From Candidatus Scatovicinus merdipullorum (GTDB lineage: Bacteria > Bacillota > Clostridia > Oscillospirales > Acutalibacteraceae), in assembly GCA_018712865.1 (NCBI GenBank), contig DVGH01000041.1, forward strand, positions 21,516-53,515: a DNA stretch of 32,000 nucleotides, written 5' to 3'. The notes beneath the pieces are model-generated. The model was not told where the DNA came from, ran no database searches, and saw nothing but the letters and a program-made list of their open reading frames with translations. The translations under genes and the position numbers were made by a program. Below are positions 9,337 to 18,048 of this stretch, piece after piece. Each line of letters opens with the position of its first letter. Positions within the stretch are counted from its first letter, which is position 1.

Positions 9337-10195
9337 AGATATCCGGTTGATTGAACAGGCCTTGGAAGAAGCGTTGCCGTCTGAAAATTGTCTGGAAAAG
9401 GATGTGGTGCAGGCCATGCGCTACAGCTTAATGGCGGGAGGAAAACGTATCCGACCGGTGCTTACGCTGGAATTCTGCCGGGCATGTGCAGGAAACAGCA
9501 GCGATGCATTGCCATTTGCGTGTGCAGTGGAGATGATACACACATACTCGTTGATTCATGATGACCTTCCGTGTATGGATAACGATCCTATGCGCCGGGG
9601 AAGGCCTGCAAACCATATTGCATTTGGAGAAGATATTGCGCTTCTGGCAGGTGACGCGTTGCAAAGCCTGGCCTTTGAAACCATTTTTCGTTCCTGCACG
9701 CCGGAGAATGCCATGCGCTGCGGCATGGCGGCCAAATTTCTTGCAAATGCCTGTGGAGCCTGCGGCATGGTGGGCGGACAGGTAATTGATCTGCAGAATG
9801 AAAATCGGAATGCGCCGATTGAAACGCTGAAAATTATGGATGCGAAAAAAACGGGCGCGTTGATCAAAGCAGCATGCGTGCTGGGGTGTATTGCCGCAGA
9901 TGCAGATGCGCGCAAAATCCACGCTGCAGCCGTATATGCAGAAAAAATTGGTCTGGCATTCCAGATTGTGGATGATATTTTAGACATTACTTCTGATGAA
10001 AAGACGCTGGGTAAACCGGTTGGAAGCGATATGTCCAAGCAAAAATCCACCTATGTTTCCCTGTTGGGACTGCAGGTGTGCAGGCAGCTTGCGCAGGAGC
10101 TGACGCAGGAAGCGATCCATGCACTGCATATCTTTGAAGACGGCGGGCGGCCATTGGCAGATTTGGCGCGCGCTCTTGTAACAAGGACGAGCTAA
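9329..10195 (+). CDS. ispA: Polyprenyl (farnesyl/geranylgeranyl) diphosphate synthase
   Basis: First Asp-rich motif LIHDDLPCMDND and second motif FQIVDDILD are present. It overlaps xseB by 8 nt. Confidence 0.92.
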   Translation: MNEDIRLIEQALEEALPSENCLEKDVVQAMRYSLMAGGKRIRPVLTLEFCRACAGNSSDALPFACAVEMIHTYSLIHDDLPCMDNDPMRRGRPANHIAFGEDIALLAGDALQSLAFETIFRSCTPENAMRCGMAAKFLANACGACGMVGGQVIDLQNENRNAPIETLKIMDAKKTGALIKAACVLGCIAADADARKIHAAAVYAEKIGLAFQIVDDILDITSDEKTLGKPVGSDMSKQKSTYVSLLGLQVCRQLAQELTQEAIHALHIFEDGGRPLADLARALVTRTS

Positions 10196-10227
10196 TGTAC
10201 TTGTAAAGAGGAGGATTTTAAAGTAAA

Positions 10228-12102
10228 ATGGCAGATTTTCAATATCTGGATAAAATCCGTACGCCATCGGACCTCCGTTTTCTTTCCATTTCCGAACTGA
10301 ATGTTCTTTGTTCTGAAATACGCCGGACAATTGTAGAAACCGTTTCCAAAAACGGCGGTCATCTGGCTTCAAACCTGGGTGTGGTAGAATTAACGGTTGC
10401 CCTTTTAAAAATGTTTCCGGATGTTCAAGACAAGATCGTCTGGGACGTTGGGCATCAAAGCTATACGCATAAAATTCTTACCGGCAGATTTCAAGAGATC
10501 GGAACAATTCGAACGGAAGGAGGGCTTTCGGGCTTTCCGAAAAGAACAGAAAGCCCCTATGATGCGTTCAACGCGGGACATAGCAGTACATCTATTTCTG
10601 CTGCATATGGTATTGCAAGAGCTAAGGCGCTTAAAGGAGAAGATGGATATACCATTGCAGTCATCGGCGATGGTGCTTTGACGGGCGGGCTGGCTTTTGA
10701 GGGCTTAAACAATGCCGGACGATTTAAGAAGAATTTTATAGTCGTATTAAACGACAATAAAATGTCTATTTCAAGAAATGTAGGATCTGTAGCGCGCTAT
10801 TTATCAGGGATCCGTATAAAACCGGCATATTTGCGGGTGAAAACAAAGGTGGAAAAGGCGCTGCTTCATACGCCCGTGGTTGGTAATCCGCTGCGGCGTT
10901 TTCTGAAACGGTCCAAGTCGAGCGTGCGCAAAATTGTATATAAAGATACGCTGTTTGACGACATGGGCTTTACCTATTACGGGCCGGTGGAGGGGCACAG
11001 CCTGCTGGAGTTGGAAAATGCCTTTAATGCGGCAAAACATGTAAACGGCCCGGTTTTGGTGCATGTGGTAACAACAAAAGGAAAAGGCTATCAATATGCA
11101 GAAAACGACCCCAAAAACTTTCATGGGATTTCAAGCTTTGATGTAGAAACCGGGGAGCCCATTACCTCAAAAATTGGATTTTCAGATGTATTTGGTGAAA
11201 AGCTTTGTGAAATGGCGCAGGATGATAAGAGAATCTGCGCTGTAACGGCAGCTATGAAATCCGGAACGGGGCTTAACAGTTTTGCAAGGCTTTATAAGGA
11301 TCGCTTTTTTGACGTTGGCATTGCAGAAGAGCATGCAGTGACTTTCAGCGGTGGGCTTGCCGCGGGCGGCATGCTGCCGGTGTTTGCCGTCTATTCTACT
11401 TTTCTGCAAAGAAGTGTGGATCAGATTATCCATGACGTAGCGACGCAAAAGCTGCATATGATTCTTGCTATTGACAGGGCGGGGATTGTCGGTGAAGACG
11501 GCGAAACACACCAGGGCGTTTTTGACGTGGCGCTTTTAAACCCCATACCGAATGTGGAAATATACAGCCCTTGCTATTTTGAAGAACTACGCCGCGATTT
11601 GCAGACAGCGGCGTATTCCAACAGCGGGGTGATTGCCGTGCGCTATCCCAAAGGCGGAGAACTCTATCGCCCAGCCAATTTTTTGCCGGGAAAAAAGACG
11701 TTTGATTTTTATGGTGGAATGTCTGCACAGGTGCTTTTGGTTACATATGGCAGGTTGTTCAGCTATGCTTGTATTGCAAAGGAAACGCTTTATAAAAGCG
11801 GTGTAGACATCACTATATTAAAGTTAAACAGAATTAAACCCATTCCAAAAGAGGCAATTTTGGAATCGCTGCATTTCAAGCATATTTTTTTCTTTGAAGA
11901 AGGGATGGCGGCGGGCGGTACAGGGGAGCATTTTATGTATGAGCTTTCCCGGCATTGTTGGAACGGGCATTATACGCTTACAGCCATTGATAACCGCTAT
12001 GTACAGCATGCGCCGACAGCCGTTTCTTTGCATGCGCTGCACTTGGACGACGAAGGTATGGTTCACGTTGTTGCAAAAGGAATACAGGAGGACATAAATT
12101 AA
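10228..12102 (+). CDS. dxs: 1-deoxy-D-xylulose-5-phosphate synthase
   Basis: 624 aa with GGHLASNLG, DVGHQSY and the ThDP motif GDGALTGG...NDN, plus the transketolase-like middle and C-terminal domains. Confidence 0.96.
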   Translation: MADFQYLDKIRTPSDLRFLSISELNVLCSEIRRTIVETVSKNGGHLASNLGVVELTVALLKMFPDVQDKIVWDVGHQSYTHKILTGRFQEIGTIRTEGGLSGFPKRTESPYDAFNAGHSSTSISAAYGIARAKALKGEDGYTIAVIGDGALTGGLAFEGLNNAGRFKKNFIVVLNDNKMSISRNVGSVARYLSGIRIKPAYLRVKTKVEKALLHTPVVGNPLRRFLKRSKSSVRKIVYKDTLFDDMGFTYYGPVEGHSLLELENAFNAAKHVNGPVLVHVVTTKGKGYQYAENDPKNFHGISSFDVETGEPITSKIGFSDVFGEKLCEMAQDDKRICAVTAAMKSGTGLNSFARLYKDRFFDVGIAEEHAVTFSGGLAAGGMLPVFAVYSTFLQRSVDQIIHDVATQKLHMILAIDRAGIVGEDGETHQGVFDVALLNPIPNVEIYSPCYFEELRRDLQTAAYSNSGVIAVRYPKGGELYRPANFLPGKKTFDFYGGMSAQVLLVTYGRLFSYACIAKETLYKSGVDITILKLNRIKPIPKEAILESLHFKHIFFFEEGMAAGGTGEHFMYELSRHCWNGHYTLTAIDNRYVQHAPTAVSLHALHLDDEGMVHVVAKGIQEDIN

Positions 12103-12103
12103 A

Positions 12104-12922
12104 TTGGCAGACAAGATACGATTGGACACGCTTGTTTTTGAACGCGGCTATACACAGAGCAGGGAAAAGGCGAAAGCGGTAATTATGGCCGGGCAGGTTT
12201 ATGTAAATAACCAGAAGGCGGACAAACCGGGAACGCTGTATCCTGTGGATGCGCAAATAGAGGTCAGAGGGGAAAAATTAAAATATGTCAGCCGGGGCGG
12301 CTTAAAACTGGAAAAGGCTATCGAGGTATTCAAAATTGATTTGAAAGATTGTATTGCTATGGACATTGGGGCATCTACCGGAGGTTTTACAGATTGTATG
12401 CTGCAAAATGGTGCGCGAAAGGTGTATGCGGTCGATGTGGGTTATGGGCAGCTTGACTGGAAGCTTCGTAACGACAAAAGAGTTGTCAATTTGGAACGTA
12501 CCAATATCCGCAAGGTAACAAAGGAAGAGATACCGGAACAGGTTGACTTCTTCAGTGTGGACGTATCGTTTATTTCGTTGCGGCTGGTTTTGCCTGTTGC
12601 AAGTGCCTTTATGAAAGAAACCGCGTCCGCCGTGTGCTTAATAAAACCGCAGTTTGAAGCTGGAAGAGAAAAAGTTGGAAAAAAAGGGGTCGTACGTGAT
12701 CCCCTTGTACATACAGAGGTAATAGAGAATATATGCACGTTTTGCCTTGCAAACGGCTTTGATGTTTTAGGCCTTGATTTTTCCCCGGTAAAAGGACCGG
12801 AAGGAAATATTGAATATCTGGTTTATATAAAACCGGCGACGCATGGAAAAATGCTTGCAGGTATAACACCGCAGGAGCTGGCAATCAAATCCCATGCAGT
12901 GCTGGATAAAAAGGAAAAGTGA
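12104..12922 (+). CDS. tlyA: TlyA family 16S/23S rRNA (cytidine-2'-O)-methyltransferase
   Basis: N-terminal S4 domain (RLD..L..RG...SR.KA), then YVSRGG.KLE and the SAM motif DIGASTGGFTD. TTG start at 12104 lies about 10 nt after CAGGAGG. Confidence 0.9.
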   Translation: MADKIRLDTLVFERGYTQSREKAKAVIMAGQVYVNNQKADKPGTLYPVDAQIEVRGEKLKYVSRGGLKLEKAIEVFKIDLKDCIAMDIGASTGGFTDCMLQNGARKVYAVDVGYGQLDWKLRNDKRVVNLERTNIRKVTKEEIPEQVDFFSVDVSFISLRLVLPVASAFMKETASAVCLIKPQFEAGREKVGKKGVVRDPLVHTEVIENICTFCLANGFDVLGLDFSPVKGPEGNIEYLVYIKPATHGKMLAGITPQELAIKSHAVLDKKEK

Positions 12923-12926
12923 TGCT

Positions 12927-13790
12927 ATGCAGATGAAAATTGCAGTTATTCCAAACCTGACAAAAAAGGGGGCGCGGGAATGTACGCGCGATGTTGCAAA
13001 AATTATTGCGCAGTACGGTGGACAAATGCTTTTGTTGGAAGAAAACAAAGAGCTTTGCCAGGAAAAGCATGTTGCCTTCTATAAAAATATAAAAGAGCTG
13101 GCAGCGCATAGCGATATCATGATCACCGTCGGCGGTGATGGTACCATTATACGCGTTGCCAAATATGCGGCGGTTGCAGACAAACCGCTTTTGGGCATCA
13201 ATCTTGGAAGAATTGGGTTTGTAGCGGGGCTTGAGCCGCATGAACTTTCAAAGCTGGAGCTTTTGTTCAAAAACGAATATACTTGTGAAAGCCGTATGAT
13301 GCTAAAGGCTACGGTGACACATAAAGAAAAAAAACATGTTTTTTACGCGCTCAACGATGTAACCGTATCCAGAGGCGCGCTTTCTAAAATGATTGATTTG
13401 TCCGTTTCACTTAACGAAAAGGAAATATGCGAATATCGTGCCGACGGCCTTTTGTTTTCAACGCCGACCGGTTCAACGGCGTATGCGCTTTCGGCAGGAG
13501 GCCCGGTGATCCAACCGCATATGCAGTGTATTTTATTAACGCCTATATGCTCTCATTCGCTTTTTTCACGCTCTGTTTTATTTTGCGCACATTCAAAGCT
13601 GACGGTTAAAGCGGCGCACCAGGAGCATGCAGAGGTTTTTCTTACGGTGGACGGGCAGGAATTTGTACCGGTCTGTTCAGAGGATATTATAGAAATTGAA
13701 AAGGCAGATATGCAGACAAAGCTGATTTGCCTGCATAATAAAAGCTTTTACAGAGTATTAAGCGAAAAATTAAGCGAACACACGGGATAA
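12927..13790 (+). CDS. nadK: NAD(+) kinase
   Basis: Contains GGDGT, NLGRIGF, ALNDV, DGLLFSTPTGSTAYALSAGGP. ATG 12927 follows the tlyA stop. The ORF-track start at 12894 would overlap tlyA. Confidence 0.93.
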   Translation: MQMKIAVIPNLTKKGARECTRDVAKIIAQYGGQMLLLEENKELCQEKHVAFYKNIKELAAHSDIMITVGGDGTIIRVAKYAAVADKPLLGINLGRIGFVAGLEPHELSKLELLFKNEYTCESRMMLKATVTHKEKKHVFYALNDVTVSRGALSKMIDLSVSLNEKEICEYRADGLLFSTPTGSTAYALSAGGPVIQPHMQCILLTPICSHSLFSRSVLFCAHSKLTVKAAHQEHAEVFLTVDGQEFVPVCSEDIIEIEKADMQTKLICLHNKSFYRVLSEKLSEHTG

Positions 13791-13807
13791 AAAGGTGGGT
13801 TGTTTTT

Positions 13808-14254
13808 ATGAAAACAAGGCGGCATGCAAAAATACTTGAATTGATCCAGGAAAACGCCATTGATACGCAAGAGGAACTTTTACGTCTTTTACGTCTGGAA
13901 GGCTTTAATGTGACGCAGGCGACCGTTTCCAGAGATATTAAAGAGCTGCGTCTTCTAAAAACACTTGAAAAAAATGGAAAATATAAGTACACTATGGGAA
14001 ATAAAAACGATGCAGATGTCAGCCGTAATTTTTATACGCTGTTTTCTGCTACCGTCTTACAAGTGGATTTTGCAGGGAATATGATTGTTTTGAAAACAGC
14101 CAGCGGTATGGCGCAGGGCGTATGCGCGGCTTTGGACCATATGGACTGGGAAGGTGTTGTAGGGACAATCGCAGGGGATGATACGATCTTTATTGTTGCG
14201 CGCAGCAACAGTAAGGCTGTTTCCCTTGCAACTACGTTAAAAAAGCTTTTATAA
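13808..14254 (+). CDS. argR: Arginine repressor
   Basis: Contains RHAKILELI......QEEL...L...G..VTQATVSRDIKEL (winged helix) and a C-terminal GTIAGDDTIF oligomerisation/arginine-binding domain. Confidence 0.93.
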   Translation: MKTRRHAKILELIQENAIDTQEELLRLLRLEGFNVTQATVSRDIKELRLLKTLEKNGKYKYTMGNKNDADVSRNFYTLFSATVLQVDFAGNMIVLKTASGMAQGVCAALDHMDWEGVVGTIAGDDTIFIVARSNSKAVSLATTLKKLL

Positions 14255-14277
14255 CCTTGTTTTAAAGGAAGGTTGTT

Positions 14278-15939
14278 ATGATTGCAACTCTTTTTATTGA
14301 AAATATAGCGGTAATTGAAAAAGCGTCTATTGATTTTACGATGGGATTAAATGTATTGACAGGCGAAACAGGCGCGGGTAAATCGATTGTAATTGACGCA
14401 ATCAATACAGTACTGGGGAGGAGAACCTCCAAGGATATTATCCGTACCGGCGCGCAATATGCCTTTGTAAGCGCTGTCTTTGAAAAGATAGACGAAGCTA
14501 CGCGCGCGGCTATGGAAACGTATGGCATTCCTTTAGAAGAGGACGGTACGTTGATTCTGCAAAGAGAAATTCAACAAAACGGGAAAAATATATGTCGGAT
14601 CAACGCAAGGCCGGTTCCGGTAAGCGTTTTAAAAGATATTGCGGCCAACCTTATTGATCTGCATGGACAGCACGAAAGCTATGAGCTGACATCTGCGCAG
14701 CGGCACCAGGAATATATAGACAGTTTTGGGAACCTGCAGGAAGACCTGGCTGCATACCGGCAGGTTTTTACAAGTTTAAAGACCTGTAAACAAGCGCTTG
14801 ATCGTGCGCAAACGGATGACGCGCAGCGTGCGCGCCAGATTGACCTGCTGCGTTACCAGACGGAAGAAATTGACAGCGCGCAGCTTGTTGAAGGAGAGCA
14901 GGAGCTGTTGACGGAAAAAAGAAATGCAATCGTCCATAAAGAAAAAATTACGCAGTCGTTTGCAGACGCTTACGGCCTTCTTAATGGAGATGCTTCGGGT
15001 GTTCTATCGCTTTTGGAAGAGGCGGTGTCGGATTTACGGAACGTACAGGATTATATTCCGGAGGCTGCCGGGCTTACGGCGCGCTTACAGGATATGTTCT
15101 ATGAGCTGCAGGATTGTGCTTCGGAGCTTGTGCATCTGCAGGAGCAAAATGAAGCGCCCACAGAAGATCTTGCACAAATCGAAACTCGCCTTGATATCAT
15201 TTACCGACTTTCCAAAAAGTATGGTGCGACCATTTTTGATATCTTGCAGTTTGCACAGCAGGCACATGCCGAGCTGGAAGAGCTTGAGGCTTATGAAGTT
15301 AATTTGGAAAAGCTTCAAACGGAGTTTAACAGGTTAGCAGAGCAAGCGTCTGTGCTGGCGGAGCATCTGTCTGAGAAAAGGCGAAAATGCGCGCAGGTGT
15401 TTGCCCAGCGTGTCAGGGAAGAAATGACTTATCTGGATATGCCAAATGCACGCCTGTTTGTCAATTTGAAACATACGCCTCTTACGGAGAACGGCTGTGA
15501 TAAAATAGAATTTTTAATCTCTGCCAATCCGGGTGAAGATCCAAAACCGGTATCTAAAATTGCTTCAGGCGGTGAGCTTTCACGTATGATGCTTGCCATT
15601 AAAAATGTGATGGCGGATAAGGAAGAACATGTTAAAACGCTTATTTTTGATGAGGTGGACACCGGCATTGGCGGAAGTGCAGCCCAGAAGGTAGGCTACA
15701 AGCTCAAATCGGTGGCAAATGGAAAACAGGTGATTTGTGTAACGCACCAGGCGCAGATTGCAGCGCTGGCAGATACACATTTTTTAATACGAAAGACAGT
15801 AAAGGATAACAGAACGTTTACACAGGTAGAGCGTCTTACGTATGAACAAAGGAAGTATGAGCTGGCAAGGATGATAGGCGGTGTAGAAATTACCGACCTT
15901 ACATTACAGCATGCGGAAGAAATGTTAGAAAAACAGTAA
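14278..15939 (+). CDS. recN: DNA repair protein RecN
   Basis: SMC-like protein with Walker A GETGAGKS, a long coiled coil, the signature ASGGELSR and Walker B LIFDEVDTGIGG. Confidence 0.96.
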   Translation: MIATLFIENIAVIEKASIDFTMGLNVLTGETGAGKSIVIDAINTVLGRRTSKDIIRTGAQYAFVSAVFEKIDEATRAAMETYGIPLEEDGTLILQREIQQNGKNICRINARPVPVSVLKDIAANLIDLHGQHESYELTSAQRHQEYIDSFGNLQEDLAAYRQVFTSLKTCKQALDRAQTDDAQRARQIDLLRYQTEEIDSAQLVEGEQELLTEKRNAIVHKEKITQSFADAYGLLNGDASGVLSLLEEAVSDLRNVQDYIPEAAGLTARLQDMFYELQDCASELVHLQEQNEAPTEDLAQIETRLDIIYRLSKKYGATIFDILQFAQQAHAELEELEAYEVNLEKLQTEFNRLAEQASVLAEHLSEKRRKCAQVFAQRVREEMTYLDMPNARLFVNLKHTPLTENGCDKIEFLISANPGEDPKPVSKIASGGELSRMMLAIKNVMADKEEHVKTLIFDEVDTGIGGSAAQKVGYKLKSVANGKQVICVTHQAQIAALADTHFLIRKTVKDNRTFTQVERLTYEQRKYELARMIGGVEITDLTLQHAEEMLEKQ

Positions 15940-15964
15940 ACCGATCACAAAAGCAGGATGAACT

Positions 15965-18010
15965 ATGAAAAAGTGGACCATTGCAAAATTGGATAAAGAC
16001 GCGGCTCTGCATATAGCGCAGCAATTTGAACTGCCGGTACTGGTGGCAATGCTGTTACAAATACGCGGCTTTAAAAGTGAAGACGAAGTTCTACAGTTTT
16101 TAAGCGACGAAGCAGATTTTTCAGATCCATTTCTTATGGCAGATATGGAAAAGGCCGTGCGGCGCATAAAGGCTGCGGTAGAGGCTTTTGAAAAAATATG
16201 TGTATATGGTGATTATGACGCCGATGGCGTTACCTCTACGGCGCTTTTATGTACGTACCTGGAATCTGTAGGTGCAAACGTTATGTATTATATTCCGGAA
16301 AGAGAATCAGAAGGTTATGGGATGAATACAGATGCGATCGATACGTTGCACGCACAAGATGTTACGCTGATTATTACAGTGGATAACGGGATTGCCGCCC
16401 ATCGTGAAATTGCCTATGCAAAGCAGCTGTCTATTGATACAGTTGTCACTGATCACCATATGCCATCGCAGGGGCTGCCGGATGCTGTTGCAGTGGTTGA
16501 CCCGCACAGGCCGGACTGTACCGCACCGTTTAAAGAGTTATCTGGTGTAGGTGTTGTATTTAAGCTGATTATGGCGCTGGAGGACGAAACGCTGGATATG
16601 GAAAGGCTGATTGCTTCTTATGCAGACCTTGCAGCAATCGGTACCATTGGAGATATTGTTCCCCTTGTGGGCGAAAATCGGCTGCTTGTCAGGCACGGAT
16701 TGTCCATTATAGAGAACGCTAAAAGGCCTGGGGTAGCTGCAGTGTTGAAGGAAGCGGGCCTGGAGGGTGAAAAGCTCACCGCAGGAAAAGTTTCGTTTAC
16801 AATTGTTCCGCGCATTAATGCATGTGGACGAATGGGATTATCGGAAAAATCTGTCCATCTTTTTTTGACAGAGGATATGGAACAGGCACAGCAGATTGCG
16901 GCGGCATTGGGACAAGACAACCGGAAAAGACAAGCGATTGAGAAAGAAATTTTAACAAGCATTATCAATAGGTTAACACAAAACCCTGCTTTAAAGCGCG
17001 ACAGAATTTTGGTGGTGGACGGGGATGATTGGCACCAGGGTGTGATTGGTATTGTTGCCTCCCGGCTAAAAGAAATTTACGGTAGGCCCGTTATTGTGAT
17101 TACGCGCAATGGTGATATGGCAAAAGGGTCGGGAAGAAGTATTAAAGGTTTTTCACTGTGCGATGCCGTTTTTTCTTGTAGCAGCTTGCTTACACATTAC
17201 GGTGGGCATCCTATGGCAGTTGGGATAAGCCTGACGGCTGATCATATAGAAGCCTTTCGCAGGGCAGTCAATAAATATGCTGCCGCCACACAGGAAATGC
17301 CGCTGCCTGCGTTGGAGATTGACTGTAAGCTTAACCCCGCGGCGCTTTCTGTAGCCCTTGCAAAACAGCTTTCTGTCTTGGAGCCTTACGGCGCAGGAAA
17401 TCCTTCGGCGTTGTTTGGGTTATATGCAATGCGTGTAGATGACATTCATCCGGTGGGTGGGGGCAAGCATTTGCGCCTGCGCCTTTCAAGAGGGGAAGCG
17501 GTTGTCGAAGCAATGCGCTTTGCTTGTACTGCTGCGCAATTTCCCTTTCTGGTGGGCGATATGGTAGATATCGCGGTAACATTAGACGTAAATGTATATA
17601 ACGGGCAGGAACACCTAAGCATTATTATTCGCGATATAAAGCTTTCAAAAGCAGATAATGAAGAAATGTTGTATGCACAGCGGCTGTTTGAGGCATTTAT
17701 GAGGGAAGAAGCTCTCAGTGAGGAGCAGTATACCTATCTTACGCCGCAAAGAGAAGAATTTGCGCTTGTATACCGTTTTTTAAAAAATGCTGGAGAATGG
17801 CGATTTGGAGCAGACCTGCTATGCTGCCGTTTGGCGGTACCATCTATAAATTATGGAAAGTTAATGGTGATTCTTACAGCTATGGAGCAGCTTTTGCTTA
17901 TAAATTTAAGGGATGATGGAAACATATGCCACATTCATTTACCGGCGTTTTCCGGAAAAGTAGACCTGGCTACGGCGCCGATTATGAAAACTCTTAAAAA
18001 CTTACAATAG
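15965..18010 (+). CDS. recJ: Single-stranded-DNA-specific exonuclease RecJ
   Basis: DHH family motifs are present: GDYDADGV, TVDNG, VTDHH, plus the DHHA1 motif GGHPMAVG. Confidence 0.94.
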   Translation: MKKWTIAKLDKDAALHIAQQFELPVLVAMLLQIRGFKSEDEVLQFLSDEADFSDPFLMADMEKAVRRIKAAVEAFEKICVYGDYDADGVTSTALLCTYLESVGANVMYYIPERESEGYGMNTDAIDTLHAQDVTLIITVDNGIAAHREIAYAKQLSIDTVVTDHHMPSQGLPDAVAVVDPHRPDCTAPFKELSGVGVVFKLIMALEDETLDMERLIASYADLAAIGTIGDIVPLVGENRLLVRHGLSIIENAKRPGVAAVLKEAGLEGEKLTAGKVSFTIVPRINACGRMGLSEKSVHLFLTEDMEQAQQIAAALGQDNRKRQAIEKEILTSIINRLTQNPALKRDRILVVDGDDWHQGVIGIVASRLKEIYGRPVIVITRNGDMAKGSGRSIKGFSLCDAVFSCSSLLTHYGGHPMAVGISLTADHIEAFRRAVNKYAAATQEMPLPALEIDCKLNPAALSVALAKQLSVLEPYGAGNPSALFGLYAMRVDDIHPVGGGKHLRLRLSRGEAVVEAMRFACTAAQFPFLVGDMVDIAVTLDVNVYNGQEHLSIIIRDIKLSKADNEEMLYAQRLFEAFMREEALSEEQYTYLTPQREEFALVYRFLKNAGEWRFGADLLCCRLAVPSINYGKLMVILTAMEQLLLINLRDDGNICHIHLPAFSGKVDLATAPIMKTLKNLQ

Positions 18011-18048
18011 CTTCTATTTGTATGGAAGCAAGAGAGGACTGATATTGA

